Under the pieces are notes generated by a model that saw only the letters and a list, made by a program, of their open reading frames with translations, was not told the origin of the DNA and did not search any database. Positions 18,445-29,061 of a stretch of DNA of 64,000 nt are shown here, piece by piece; within the stretch, counting starts at the first letter, position 1; each line of letters begins with the position of its first letter. Both the position numbers and the translations under genes were made by a program. The DNA is from Planctomycetota bacterium (GTDB lineage Bacteria; Planctomycetota; UBA11346), in the NCBI GenBank assembly GCA_038213805.1, contig JBBQSO010000018.1, forward strand, positions 9,486 through 73,485. Direction: 5' to 3'.

Positions 18445-20580
18445 TCATGCGCCAACGGTGACCACGGCCCACAGCACCAGCAGCACCACCGCGACCATCA
18501 GCCAGCCGAGACCGAAGCCGAGCCAGTCGGAGCGCGTCCACACCGTGAATTCCCACGACGACCGCGGGAACAGCTTGAGATGGTCGAAGCGCCACGGCTC
18601 GGCCTCGCTGGCCGCGACCGCGCGCGCGTCCTCCTCGGGTGTTGCGCCGATGCAGGTCTTGGTCTTGGCGAAGAAGCGGTCGTCGCGCGTCCGCTGCGCG
18701 CGCTCGCGCGGGCCGTCGCGCCCGCAGCACAGCGCACTGATCAGCAGCAGCAGCACATAAGGGAAGCAGGCGTCGAACATCCACCGGCAGGTGGTCAGGC
18801 CGGCCGGTCCGAAGTCCGCCACCGGAACCCCGACCTTGGCGAGCAGCCAGGTCTCGATGACGAAGCGGCCGATGCCCTCCGGCGGCGAGGCGGGATCGGC
18901 GGGGTCGCTGCGCGCGACCTTCTCGAAGAACACCGCGGATGGGGCGAGCTCCTGCTGCCGGGTGATGCGCTCGCCCGCGCGCACGGCGCGGCCGGCCTGG
19001 ACGTCGGCGGCGGTCGCGACGCCGACCACCGCGACGCTGCGCGGCGGGCTCTGCACGACCAGCGCCGGGTCGCGGCGGAAATCAGCAAACTGCGGCAGGA
19101 CCCACGGCAGCAGCCCGATCACCACCAGGTGCGCGGCCATGGTCGCGTAGATCGCCGGCGGCCGCAGCCGGCGCCAGAAGAACACCAGGAAGCAGACGCC
19201 GCCGAAGAGCGTGGTGAAGGTGATGATGGTCGAGAGCAGTGAGATGACATTGGCGAAGAACATGCTGATCAACACGCTGGCCGCGAGCACCGCAGGGATG
19301 CAGAGCTTGGCGACGCGCAGGTAGTGCGCGGGCGGGCGTCCCGGCAGCAGGGTCTCATAGACGTTGCGAGTGAACAGCGCCGAGGCGCTGACGGCGTTGA
19401 AACCGACCAGCGGCATGTGCCCGAGGAGCATCCCGGAGATCATCAGCCCGAGCAGGCCAGGGGCGAGCAGGGTCACGGCGAGCACTCCCCAGGCGCTGTC
19501 CGGGTCGGCGAGTCCGGCGGGGAACAGCGCCGCGACCAGCAGCCCGCAGAGCATCCACGCGATCAGCACGAAGCGTTTGGCGAGGGCGCCGCCCAGCGAG
19601 CCGGTGCGCAGCGCGCGCTCATTGCGCCCCGCCGCCGCGCTCGGGCCAACCGAGCCGGCCGCGCCGGGGGTGACCACCAGCGCCACGAAGAACATCGCAC
19701 CGATCGAATACCACGTGTACTCGCTCATCGCGGCGCTGCCGAACAGCGCGAACTTTTCCTCGGGGACCAGACGGTGCAGGCCGGCGAAACCACCGATCCG
19801 GGCCAGTCCGATGGGGACCATGACCACCGAAAACACCACGATGAGCACACCCTGCACCGCATCGGTGAGCGCCGCCGCGCGCAGACCGCCCAGCATGATG
19901 TAGACCGAGACCACCAGCGCGTAGGCCACCGCGAACCACGTCGGCTGCAGCCACGAGACGTAGGAGTGCAGGTCGCCATGCCGGCTCTGTGCGATCAGCG
20001 CGTGATAACGCTCGCGTGCCACCGCCGGAAGCGCGCCGGCGCCAGCCTGCGCCGTGAGCTGCTGCAACTCGCGGAAGCCCTCCACCGAGGTGCGCTCCGC
20101 CGGCGACCACTCCACCTCGGCCTTGACCACCATCGCCGAGGAGACCTTGTAGGAGATGATGTTGCCCATGCCCAGCACCAGCATCGAGATGACGATCTGC
20201 AGCAGGGCGTACCCCATGGCCAGACCGCGGTTGGCGAAGCGGTCCGCAAGCAGATCGCCGACCGTCATCGCGCGTGTGCGACGGAACCAGATGCTGCTGA
20301 ACCAGTAGAAGGGCGTGCAGAACAATACCTGGAGCGAGATCCACATCCCGCCCACGCCCTGGCGGGCGACCTCGGTGGCTACCGTGGGCGCGCCGTTGGA
20401 ATCGGACATCATGCCGAAATTGAGGAAGAACTGCAGCCAGCCGCCGAGGTTGCGCCCACCGACGAAGAAGTCGGACTCACCGGTGATGCCGCGCGCCAGC
20501 ACCGCACCCATCACCAGCAGGGCGATCAGGAAGGCGACGACGATCGCGATGTCGAGGATGTGCAGGCCGAAGACGTGCAT
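18445..20580 (-). CDS. Sodium:solute symporter (SSS) family transporter
   Basis: DFFVGGRNLG, YIMLGGLRAAALTDAVQG and GLLGLMISGMLL motifs; many TM segments. Confidence 0.92.
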   Translation of the reverse strand: MHVFGLHILDIAIVVAFLIALLVMGAVLARGITGESDFFVGGRNLGGWLQFFLNFGMMSDSNGAPTVATEVARQGVGGMWISLQVLFCTPFYWFSSIWFRRTRAMTVGDLLADRFANRGLAMGYALLQIVISMLVLGMGNIISYKVSSAMVVKAEVEWSPAERTSVEGFRELQQLTAQAGAGALPAVARERYHALIAQSRHGDLHSYVSWLQPTWFAVAYALVVSVYIMLGGLRAAALTDAVQGVLIVVFSVVMVPIGLARIGGFAGLHRLVPEEKFALFGSAAMSEYTWYSIGAMFFVALVVTPGAAGSVGPSAAAGRNERALRTGSLGGALAKRFVLIAWMLCGLLVAALFPAGLADPDSAWGVLAVTLLAPGLLGLMISGMLLGHMPLVGFNAVSASALFTRNVYETLLPGRPPAHYLRVAKLCIPAVLAASVLISMFFANVISLLSTIITFTTLFGGVCFLVFFWRRLRPPAIYATMAAHLVVIGLLPWVLPQFADFRRDPALVVQSPPRSVAVVGVATAADVQAGRAVRAGERITRQQELAPSAVFFEKVARSDPADPASPPEGIGRFVIETWLLAKVGVPVADFGPAGLTTCRWMFDACFPYVLLLLISALCCGRDGPRERAQRTRDDRFFAKTKTCIGATPEEDARAVAASEAEPWRFDHLKLFPRSSWEFTVWTRSDWLGFGLGWLMVAVVLLVLWAVVTVGA

Positions 20581-20783
20581 GCGCAGGATCCGGAGGCGGC
20601 GGGGGTGCGGCGGGGGAAGGTTACTCCGCGCGCCGGCTCGAAGCCACCGGCGCCACGGTGGCGCGGGCGAGAGGATGGAGGAGCCCGGCGGCGTCCGCAA
20701 TTGGGCATTTCCCACCGTCGCGGGTCACGAACACGCTCAGCCGCGCCGTCCAGGCTGCGGCGCGGCCGCCGGTCCGGAAGCCG

Positions 20784-21860
20784 TCAGGGAGCAGGCGAGA
20801 TCTCGGGCGCGATCACCACCGTGCGCCGTGGCCGTCGCGGCTCGGCGATGCGTTCAAGGAGCAGGTCCACCGCTGCGGCGGCGATGGCCTCGCAGCCGAT
20901 GTCGATGTTGTCAATCGCGTGCGGCAGGGCCGCGAGCAGGTCGCGGTCGTGACAGCAGGCGACGACCGCGATCTTCGGACGCTTCCCGGCTGCGCGTCCA
21001 GCCTCGGCCACCACCTGCACGACCAGACTGACGACCAGGCCGGTGCCGGGCATGAACACCCCGAGCCCGGCGGGGGCGAGGTGCGCCGTGACCTGGCCGC
21101 GCAGCTGCTCGGGATCAGCGACGGCCACCGCGAGGTAACTGGTCGACACGCCGAGCTCGGCGGCGCGCCGGTCGAAGGCCACGCGGCGCGCAGCGTGCGC
21201 GGGGTTGTGCGGCGTGTCGTCGATCAGCAACAGGTGGCGGCAGCCACGCTGCGCCAGGCGTTCGGCGGCAAGTCGGCCGATCAGCGGGCTGTCCGGCATG
21301 ACCAGGTCGCAAGCCGGGGTGCGCGCGGTCTCGAACATCACCACCGCGGGGAAGCCGCGCAGCGCGGGCACCACCCACTCCGGACCGCTGCGGATCAGCA
21401 CGCCGTCGGCTTGGCGCGGATCGAGGCAGTCGGGCAGCGTCTCCAACGTTGGCAGGCGCGTGACGATCAGCTGCAGGTGCTGGTCGGCGATGCGCCGGTC
21501 GATGCCCTCGATCAGGCGCGCGCTCAGCGGCGTGCGCATCGCCGCGAGGGTGACGTCCGGGAACAGCAGGGCGATGCGCCCGGTGTGCAGGCCGCGCCGT
21601 GCGCGCGAACCCTGGCGCCGGCCATCGCTGGTCGCGCGCGGCACGTAGCCGAGCGCGGTCATGGCGGCACGCACCGCCGCGGCGGTGGCGGTGCTGACAC
21701 GCGGGTCGCCGTTGATCACGCGCGATACCGTCATGGTCGAGACTCCGGCCTGCGCGGCGACAGCGCTCAGGGGCAGCGGTCGTGAGGTGCGCTTGGGACG
21801 CGGGGCGTCCGTGGCGGCGGGCGTAGCGGGACGCCGGGGGGATGGCGGTCGCGCGCTCAT
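20784..21860 (-). CDS. LacI-family transcriptional regulator
   Basis: HTH LSAVAAQAGVSTMTVSRVING...LGYVP followed by a periplasmic-binding-protein-like domain. Confidence 0.93.
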   Translation of the reverse strand: MSARPPSPRRPATPAATDAPRPKRTSRPLPLSAVAAQAGVSTMTVSRVINGDPRVSTATAAAVRAAMTALGYVPRATSDGRRQGSRARRGLHTGRIALLFPDVTLAAMRTPLSARLIEGIDRRIADQHLQLIVTRLPTLETLPDCLDPRQADGVLIRSGPEWVVPALRGFPAVVMFETARTPACDLVMPDSPLIGRLAAERLAQRGCRHLLLIDDTPHNPAHAARRVAFDRRAAELGVSTSYLAVAVADPEQLRGQVTAHLAPAGLGVFMPGTGLVVSLVVQVVAEAGRAAGKRPKIAVVACCHDRDLLAALPHAIDNIDIGCEAIAAAAVDLLLERIAEPRRPRRTVVIAPEISPAP

Positions 21861-22046
21861 GGGACTGCCCCTGACCGCACGCCTGTGACCGCGCCAGCCG
21901 GCAATCGGCAGCGCCGGATCGGTGCGGCACGATGTCGGGCAGAGCGGGGCATCAGGGTGGAGCTCGTGAGGATGGTGGACGAGGCGTCCAGTGGCGGATG
22001 CAGCATGCGGCGCCCATGCGACGCTCAACGGGGGCCTTCAATTTCT

Positions 22047-22058
22047 GTATCATGTTAC
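22047..22058. promoter_or_regulatory. Candidate LacI-type operator, copy 2 (GTATCATGTTAC)
   Basis: Divergent lacI/esterase intergenic region; follows TTGAAA on the minus strand. Confidence 0.65.
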
Positions 22059-22275
22059 GTATTTCAAGCCCGCTCTCCTGCGAGATCGCATGCCAAGCCT
22101 TTCCCGGATCGCGCGTGCACTGCACTCCGGCACCGTGGTGCTCGCAGAGGCGGTGGCGGATGCCGCCACCGCGCCGCCAAGAGGACCAGGCCGACGCGCT
22201 GCACCTCGCGGTCGGACTCGACCACCTCACGAGTGTGGCGATCAGCAGCGTCGCGAACAGCGTTGTGCAGAGGAA

Positions 22276-23304
22276 TTGATCCGCCCGTCCGCACGCCACG
22301 ACCGGACGTGGCGCCGCTGGATCGGAGCCTGGAACGCGGCGGCACTGCGCTTGTACGCAGCCGCGCTGCTCGTCGCGATGACCAGCGGCGCGCAGCTCGC
22401 CGCTGCCGCTCTCGAGACCTACGTGCGCAGCACGCAGGCACCGACGCCGATCCCCTACAAGACCGTCGACGGCGCGACCCTGAACCTATGGATGCTGCCG
22501 GCGGCGGGCGCGCCTGGCGACGAGCGCCATGCGGCGCTGCTGCTGATCCACGGTGGAGCGTGGCGCGCGGGCGACGCCAAGGTCTTCTTCCCGCATGCCC
22601 GCTATTTCGCCACCCGCGGGCTGGCCACGTTCAGCGTCGACTACCGTCTGCTCACCCCGACCGGGCCCGGCATCGGCGAGTGCCTGGCGGATTGCGCCTC
22701 GGCAGTGCGCTACATCCGAGCGCACGCAGCAGCGCTGGGCGTGGATCCTGGGCGCATCGCAGTGCTCGGCGACTCCGCGGGTGGCCACCTCGCCGCGGCT
22801 CTGGGCACGCTCCGCGGTTTCGACGACGAGCACGGTGATCCGCTGGTGAGCGCGCTGCCGGATGCGCTGATCCTGTGCAACCCGATCCTCGACCTGACCG
22901 AGGGCGACTGGATGCAATTCATCATCCGCGGCCCCGCGCTGCAACGTGGGGCGGACCCCGCGGCACTGCGCCCGTCGCCCGCGCAGACGCAGCTCGCGCA
23001 GCGGCTCTCACCGCAATCAGCGGTCCGCACCGGACTGCCGCCGACCCTGCTCATGCATGGACTCGACGACCATGTCGTCAATCCCGATCAGGCCCGCCGT
23101 TTCGCCGCGGCCACGCGCGCCGCCGGCAACCGCTGCGACCTGACGCTGATCCCCAACGCCCGGCACGCCTTCATCATCGCCGGCTACACTGCACCCGCGA
23201 CGCAGGTGGTGGAGGCGATCCGCGCGGCGGATCTGTTCCTGATGTCGCTCGGGTTTGTGCAAGGACCGCCGACGATCATGGCAGAAGCGGATGCGGGGAA
23301 ATGA
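22276..23304 (+). CDS. Alpha/beta-hydrolase esterase (HSL/BD-FAE-like); start uncertain
   Basis: IHGGAW, DYRL, GDSAGGHLA, HGLDDHVV, ARHAF. Confidence 0.88.
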   Translation: MIRPSARHDRTWRRWIGAWNAAALRLYAAALLVAMTSGAQLAAAALETYVRSTQAPTPIPYKTVDGATLNLWMLPAAGAPGDERHAALLLIHGGAWRAGDAKVFFPHARYFATRGLATFSVDYRLLTPTGPGIGECLADCASAVRYIRAHAAALGVDPGRIAVLGDSAGGHLAAALGTLRGFDDEHGDPLVSALPDALILCNPILDLTEGDWMQFIIRGPALQRGADPAALRPSPAQTQLAQRLSPQSAVRTGLPPTLLMHGLDDHVVNPDQARRFAAATRAAGNRCDLTLIPNARHAFIIAGYTAPATQVVEAIRAADLFLMSLGFVQGPPTIMAEADAGK

Positions 23305-23349
23305 CGGAAGCAGAGCGTGGTCGAGGGATCTGGTGACGAGATGCCCCGG

Positions 23350-24816
23350 CTACCTTGTCGCCGCGGTGACGGCGACCCGCTCGCCAGCGATCTCAACCAC
23401 GACGACCGTGGCCATCACGTCCGGGGCGTAATGCGGCAGCTGCACGACCCGCTCGCCGTCCGCGGCGCCGGTGACGGCCAGCGGCTGGCCAGGATCACCG
23501 AGCAGATACGCCTTGGTAATCTCGTTGGCGAAGCGCGGCAGCCGCAAACCGCTCGCGGACCAGTGGAAAATGCTGAAGTACAGCTTCCCCGGCGCGGTGG
23601 TGCAACGCCAGTTGGTGAAGGGGATGTGCGGCACCCGCGCCGCATCGTCCTTGGGCGTGCGCCCGTAGGTCGGGAAGCCTTCGCCGAACGGCGACGTCCC
23701 CCGACCGTAGACCGCCTCGCCGTTGGCCTTGAGCCAGCGCCCGACGGTGACGAGGTTGCTGGCAGCGACTTCGGGAATGGTGCCGAGCGCGGTCGGGCCC
23801 ACGTCGAGCAGGTAGTTGCCGCCTTTGCTGGCCACATCGATGAGGGTGAGTAGGACCTGGCTGGGCGCCTTGTAATCACCGTCGTTCCGGTCGAAACCCC
23901 AATTGTGGTTCAGCTCGCCCGGGGTCTCCCAATCCCCGCCCACCGCCGCGCTGGGGATGCCGTTGTCGCCCATGGTCGCATAGTCCCCCGGCACGCCCAG
24001 CCGCCCGTCGATGAGACAGGCGGGCTGGAGCGCGTGCACCAGATCACTGATGCGCCGGCCACGCGCCTCGTTCATCAGCGCCGGCGTGTCGAAGAAGAGT
24101 TCGCACACCGGACCGTAGCCGGTGAGGAGCTCCTTGACCTGCGGCTCGACCTTGGTCTGCAGGTAGTGGTCGAAGGAGCCGTCGCGGTCCTTCTCGGAAT
24201 CGCGGGCGAAGTCCCAGGAATTGCCCTCGCCGCCGGGTTCATGCCAATCCACCGCTTGCGAATAGTAGAAGCCGAGGCGCAGGCCGTGCTTCGCGCATGC
24301 GACCGCCAGCTCGCGGAGCGGATCACGGTGGAAGGGTGTGGCGTCGTAGATGTTGTAGGCGGAGGCCTGCGAACGGTACATGGCGAAGCCATCGCCGTGC
24401 TTGGCGGTGATGACGATGTAGCGCATGCCCGCATCCTGGGCGAGCTGCGCCCACTGGTCGGCGTCGAAGCGCACGGGGTTGAACTGCGGCGCGAGCTGCT
24501 CGTACTCCTTCACCGGTATCGGCACGTGCGCCATGATCCACTCGCTGCTCGGGCGCACGCGCTTGCCCTGCCACTCGCCGGCCGGAATGGCGTAGAGGCC
24601 CCAGTGGATGAACAGGCCGTATTTGGCCTCGCGGAACCACGCCATCTTCGCGTCTTGCGACGGCGCAGCTGGAAGTGCCGGCGGCAGGTCGGCGACAGCG
24701 GGCGCCGGGACGGTTACGGCCGCGTCGGCCGCCCAACCACCGGGGGCGAACAGCATACCCGTCGCCAACGCGAGGGCGTGGATGGGCGATGCAGAGGAAC
24801 GGGCGCCGCGGGACAT
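23350..24816 (-). CDS. GH29 alpha-L-fucosidase-like glycosidase
   Basis: WFREAKYGLFIHWGLY, AGMRY...KHGDGF, LFFD nucleophile region, SKGGNYLLDVGP. Confidence 0.93.
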   Translation of the reverse strand: MSRGARSSASPIHALALATGMLFAPGGWAADAAVTVPAPAVADLPPALPAAPSQDAKMAWFREAKYGLFIHWGLYAIPAGEWQGKRVRPSSEWIMAHVPIPVKEYEQLAPQFNPVRFDADQWAQLAQDAGMRYIVITAKHGDGFAMYRSQASAYNIYDATPFHRDPLRELAVACAKHGLRLGFYYSQAVDWHEPGGEGNSWDFARDSEKDRDGSFDHYLQTKVEPQVKELLTGYGPVCELFFDTPALMNEARGRRISDLVHALQPACLIDGRLGVPGDYATMGDNGIPSAAVGGDWETPGELNHNWGFDRNDGDYKAPSQVLLTLIDVASKGGNYLLDVGPTALGTIPEVAASNLVTVGRWLKANGEAVYGRGTSPFGEGFPTYGRTPKDDAARVPHIPFTNWRCTTAPGKLYFSIFHWSASGLRLPRFANEITKAYLLGDPGQPLAVTGAADGERVVQLPHYAPDVMATVVVVEIAGERVAVTAATR

Positions 24817-24947
24817 GGCATGGATCCTTGGTTGTAAGTTGGTGCGGGCCGGCCGGTCACACCACGCACACAACCGAGGTACCGGATGCGGGCTGCTTCC
24901 GTTTATAGGACTTGGGTCCCCCACCACGGTCGCCTTGTCACCTGTTT

Positions 24948-24964
24948 CGGAAGCAGACTTCGTC
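24948..24964 (-). promoter_or_regulatory. Candidate regulator site GACGAAGTCTGCTTCCG
   Basis: Near-identical to 38099-38116; both are followed by GGTGACA and precede a CAZyme gene. Confidence 0.45.
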
Positions 24965-25296
24965 GAGTGACAGGAGTCTCATTCTTTGCGACATGTCGTC
25001 ACTCAACCCCACCGCCAGGACGGGTATCCACTACACATGGCCCAGACCCCGAACTGGTCACCCCGAAGGCGAACCCCCGAGAAGTGGCACTGGTGCGCCT
25101 GCGCCGCGCTCGCCGCACTCCTTGCGGCAGATGACCCGGCCTGCGCTTGGCCGCCAGCCGTGAACCAACCAGTGGGGGCTGGGCGGAACCATCGCTCGCC
25201 CCGGCTTGGCGCGCGGGTTCGAGCACAACCGCCTCGCCGGCCTCGGTGGCGTGCTTCTCATCCTCGTGGCCCGCTCCGCCTGTACGTGATCGCACC

Positions 25297-26169
25297 ATGA
25301 TCCTGCCTGCCCCGCACGGCGACCTCGAACCCCTCGCCCTGGCCCTGTCCGGACTGCGCGCCGAGCGCCACCGCGACCACCCGCCCGAGGGCGTCATGGT
25401 CGCGCTGCGCACCGTGCAGCACCTGCGGGTGACGCGCGGGCGCTTCGGTCCGAGCTGGTCGCCGCGTCTGGTCCTGGCCAAATGGTGCATCTCCGGTGCC
25501 GCAGTCATGGAGCTGGACGGCGAGCGTCTACCGATCCTTCCCGGCCAGGTGGCCATCTATCTGCCGACCAGTCCACATCGCTTCTGGGCGCTCGAAGCCA
25601 GCAACGAGATGTGCTGGTTCACCACCGATGGACCGTGCGCCGAGCAGCTGGTGCTGGAGCTCGGGCTACGCCCGGGCGTCTACACCGTACCGCCGCCCAG
25701 CCCCGAAAGCCTGCGGCAGATGGCGGAGAGTCTGGCCGACCCCTCAACCGCGGCACGGCGCAGCGCCAGCCTGCTGGTCATCGCGGAGTGGCACCGCCTC
25801 GCCGACGTCATCGGCGTGCAGCCGCGCGTCTCGCTCATCGGCCGCGTCACCGAGATCATCGCCCAGGAGTTCGCCGACCCGGAACTGTCGGCGGCGAGCA
25901 TCGCACAGCGCACCGGCTACCACCGCGGCTCGCTGAGCCGCATCTTCACGCGCGAGACTGGCGAGACCATCATCGGCCACCTCACCAGCGTGCGCCTGCG
26001 CGAAGCCCGCGCCCTGCTGAACCACACCCGGGAGCCGGTGGTGGCGATCGCGCGGCAATGCGGTTTCCGCGACGTCGCCTACTTCTGCCGCTGGTTCCGC
26101 AAGCACACCGGCACGTCGCCCGGCGGGGGGCGACGTGGATCGCAGGAGGGCGGCTCAGTGGTGAGGTGA
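25297..26169 (+). CDS. AraC-family transcriptional regulator
   Basis: IAQRTGYHRGSLSRIF...IARQCGFRDVAYFCRWFRKHTGTSP. Confidence 0.93.
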   Translation: MILPAPHGDLEPLALALSGLRAERHRDHPPEGVMVALRTVQHLRVTRGRFGPSWSPRLVLAKWCISGAAVMELDGERLPILPGQVAIYLPTSPHRFWALEASNEMCWFTTDGPCAEQLVLELGLRPGVYTVPPPSPESLRQMAESLADPSTAARRSASLLVIAEWHRLADVIGVQPRVSLIGRVTEIIAQEFADPELSAASIAQRTGYHRGSLSRIFTRETGETIIGHLTSVRLREARALLNHTREPVVAIARQCGFRDVAYFCRWFRKHTGTSPGGGRRGSQEGGSVVR

Positions 26170-26207
26170 AGGTCCGCGCTGGATCGGGACCGGGGTCATG
26201 GCCCCGC

Positions 26208-28676
26208 CTACGGTGGTCGAGTGAGCGTGATCTCGACGCGGCCATCTACGCGTACCACCACCGCCAGGGGCCGAGCGCTGATCAGCGCATAGGACGTCAC
26301 CTTCCCATCCTGCCAGGCGACGTCGACCGACATGCCGCCGCGCGCCCGCAGACCGGAGACAGAACCACTGCGCCAACGTGCCGGCAAGGCGGGAAGCAGC
26401 GAGAGGATGAACGGCGCGCGGGGCTGTGCACCGGAGTCGGTAAAGCCATCCAGGGCCGGAATCGGCTCGTGCGATTGCAACAACATCTCCGCGATGCCGG
26501 CGGTGGCGCCGAAATTGCCGTCGATCTGGAAGGGCGGGCAGGTGTCGAGCAGATTGGGCAGGGTGGAGGTGGCGAGCGCCCCGCGGAGCAGCGCCTCGGC
26601 ATGGTCACCGTCCTCCAGGCGCGCCCACAGGCTGATCTTCCACGCCCGGCTCCAACCGGTTCCGCCGTCCCCGCGCGCGGCCAGCGACCGGCGCGCCGCA
26701 GCGGCCAGCTCAGGGGTTCCGCGCACCGTGATGTCGGCGGCGGGGAACAGCCCGAAGAGGTGCGAGACGTGACGATGCTGCGGCTCGGTCTCGGCGAAGT
26801 CCTCGCGCCATTCCTGTAGCCGGCCGCCCGCGGCCACGCGCCAGGGCGCGAGCTTCGCCAGGGCGCTGCGCAGGTCGGCGCGGAAGGCGTCGTCGACGCC
26901 CAGCGCCGCCGCGTCGGCCAGGGTGTTTGCGAACAGGTCGTGGATGATCGAGAGGTCCATGGTGCTGCCCCGGCTGACTGCGGCGGTGCGCTCCTTCCCG
27001 GCCGCGTCGCGGTAGCGGAAGGCGTTCTCGGGTGAGGTGCTGACCGGCGTGATCAGCTGCCCCTTGCCGTCGTCGACCAGCCAATCCAGGTAGAAGAGGC
27101 AGGCATCCTTCAACAGCGGATAGGCATCCTCAGCCAGGAAGCGGCGGTCGCCGCTGAACAGCCAGTGTTCGTGCAATTGGCGGCACAGCCAGCCGCTGCC
27201 CAACGGCCAGAAGGCCACCTGCGCCTGGTTGTCGACCGGTTGGGCGTCGCGCCACAGCGTGGTGTTGTGGTGCGCAACCCAGCCGCGACAGCCGTACATG
27301 GCGTGCGCGACCTTACTGCCCTCGACGGCGAGCTCGCCGATCATGCGCAGCAACGGTTCGGAGCATTCCGCGAGGTTGCAGGGCTCGGCCGGCCAATAGT
27401 TCATCTCGGCGTTGATGTTGAGGGTATAGCCGCACGCCCACGGCGGGATCACCTGGTCATTCCAGATGCCCTGCAGGTTGAGCGGCTGGGTGCCGGGGCG
27501 CGAGCCGGCGATCATCAGATAACGGCCGAAGCGGAAGAGCAGCGCCTCGAGCGCCGGGTCCGGGGCCTTCAACCGCTGGTCGGTGGGAGTCCCGGCCGCA
27601 GTGGACGCCGCGACGGCATCGCCGAGCTCGAGGCGTACCCGACCGTACAGGGCGCGGTAGTCGGCGTCATGGCGCGCGCGCAGTTCGTCGTACGAGCGCT
27701 GCGTGGCCGCGGCCAGCACCGTCGCGGTGCGCGGCGCCGGCTCGACCGCAGGCCTGCCGTAACCGTCGTAGCCGGACGCCGCGGCGAGGATGATGGTCGC
27801 CTCGTCGGCGCCCGTGACGGCGAGACCATCGGCGGTGGCGGCGACGCTGCCGCCACTCAGGCGCAGCCGCGCGACGGCGTGGAAAGCCAGCCCCTGGCCG
27901 TCGTACAGGACCTGCGCCGCCTGCGCGCGGCGCTTGCCCGCGGCGTCCCACAGCGCGGGATACTTCCAGGTGTCGTGCCGCCGCTCGACCCAGTCGAGGG
28001 TGCGGCGCAACACGAAGCCGGGCAGGCGCCCGGTCATCGCCACACCGTCGGCGCCGGCGCTGACCGCCACGGGGTGCGGCGAGCCGAGCGTCAGCCGGAA
28101 GGAGATGCTGCCCGGGCTGCTGGCCGTGCAGTGCAGGACCAGGGCGTCATCGGGATGGCTGACGAAGCACTCGCGGGTGAAGGTGACCTCGCCGCTCGTG
28201 AAGCGCACCCGGCACAGCGCATGACCGAGGTCCAATTCGCGCCGGTAGCCACTCGTAGCCCCGGGCAGGGCGAAGCTCAGGCGCAGGTCGCCGAGCGGCT
28301 GGTAGCAGGCCCACGACGCGCCGAGCCAGTGCGCGTCCATCAGCTGCTCGGCCTCCTTGAACTTCCGCTCCGTCAGCATGCCGGTGACCAGCGGCAGCTC
28401 GGCGCGGATGTCGAGCGGCAGGTCGCGGTAGCCGGGATGGCCCGAGGTCAGGGTGTCCTCGTTGAGCTGCAGGTGCTCCTCGGCCGCATCGCCGAAGACC
28501 ATGGCCCCGAGGTGGCCGTTGCCGATGGGCAGGGCCTCGTCCCAGCTGGCCGCGGGGCGCCCGAACCAGACCTTGTCCAGGTCATCGGCGCCGCTGCCCG
28601 CCAGCACCGCGATGACCAGGACGGCGACGCAGCGCAGGACCCGGCACAAGCGGGCGATCGCGGGCGGGCGGGACAT
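26208..28676 (-). CDS. GH95 alpha-L-fucosidase / L-galactosidase
   Basis: ALPIGNGHLGAMVFG, NLQGIWN, NINAEMNYW, SPEN, HRHVSHL, PPFQIDGNFG..GIAEMLLQS. Confidence 0.96.
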   Translation of the reverse strand: MSRPPAIARLCRVLRCVAVLVIAVLAGSGADDLDKVWFGRPAASWDEALPIGNGHLGAMVFGDAAEEHLQLNEDTLTSGHPGYRDLPLDIRAELPLVTGMLTERKFKEAEQLMDAHWLGASWACYQPLGDLRLSFALPGATSGYRRELDLGHALCRVRFTSGEVTFTRECFVSHPDDALVLHCTASSPGSISFRLTLGSPHPVAVSAGADGVAMTGRLPGFVLRRTLDWVERRHDTWKYPALWDAAGKRRAQAAQVLYDGQGLAFHAVARLRLSGGSVAATADGLAVTGADEATIILAAASGYDGYGRPAVEPAPRTATVLAAATQRSYDELRARHDADYRALYGRVRLELGDAVAASTAAGTPTDQRLKAPDPALEALLFRFGRYLMIAGSRPGTQPLNLQGIWNDQVIPPWACGYTLNINAEMNYWPAEPCNLAECSEPLLRMIGELAVEGSKVAHAMYGCRGWVAHHNTTLWRDAQPVDNQAQVAFWPLGSGWLCRQLHEHWLFSGDRRFLAEDAYPLLKDACLFYLDWLVDDGKGQLITPVSTSPENAFRYRDAAGKERTAAVSRGSTMDLSIIHDLFANTLADAAALGVDDAFRADLRSALAKLAPWRVAAGGRLQEWREDFAETEPQHRHVSHLFGLFPAADITVRGTPELAAAARRSLAARGDGGTGWSRAWKISLWARLEDGDHAEALLRGALATSTLPNLLDTCPPFQIDGNFGATAGIAEMLLQSHEPIPALDGFTDSGAQPRAPFILSLLPALPARWRSGSVSGLRARGGMSVDVAWQDGKVTSYALISARPLAVVVRVDGRVEITLTRPP

Positions 28677-29061
28677 GGCGTGGTCTTCCAGCGCGCTTGG
28701 GACGGCGCAGCGCAGCACCCTACCCTGGCGTTGCCATCGCTGCGGGGAACGGCTTTGTTGTCATCGCGATGGGAAAGGCGTCGCCACCAGGAACCGTGAT
28801 CCGATACGATGCGATATCCGGCCATGAGAACTGGATGTTTCTGATGCGATAGTGCCGATCTTTCACAGGAAGACCTGCGCTGCGATCCGCAATGGTCGCC
28901 CGCAAGAGTACCGTGAACGTCACGAAAATCCTAAGCACATCGGCGTCGAACGCACTATCCATGACACCATCACGGACATTGAGTGGCGACCTATCCGCAT
29001 GCCGTGTGGCGACGGCGTAGCGGTCGACGCCGGATTCCGCCGCCCACGACCGAGAGCCCTC

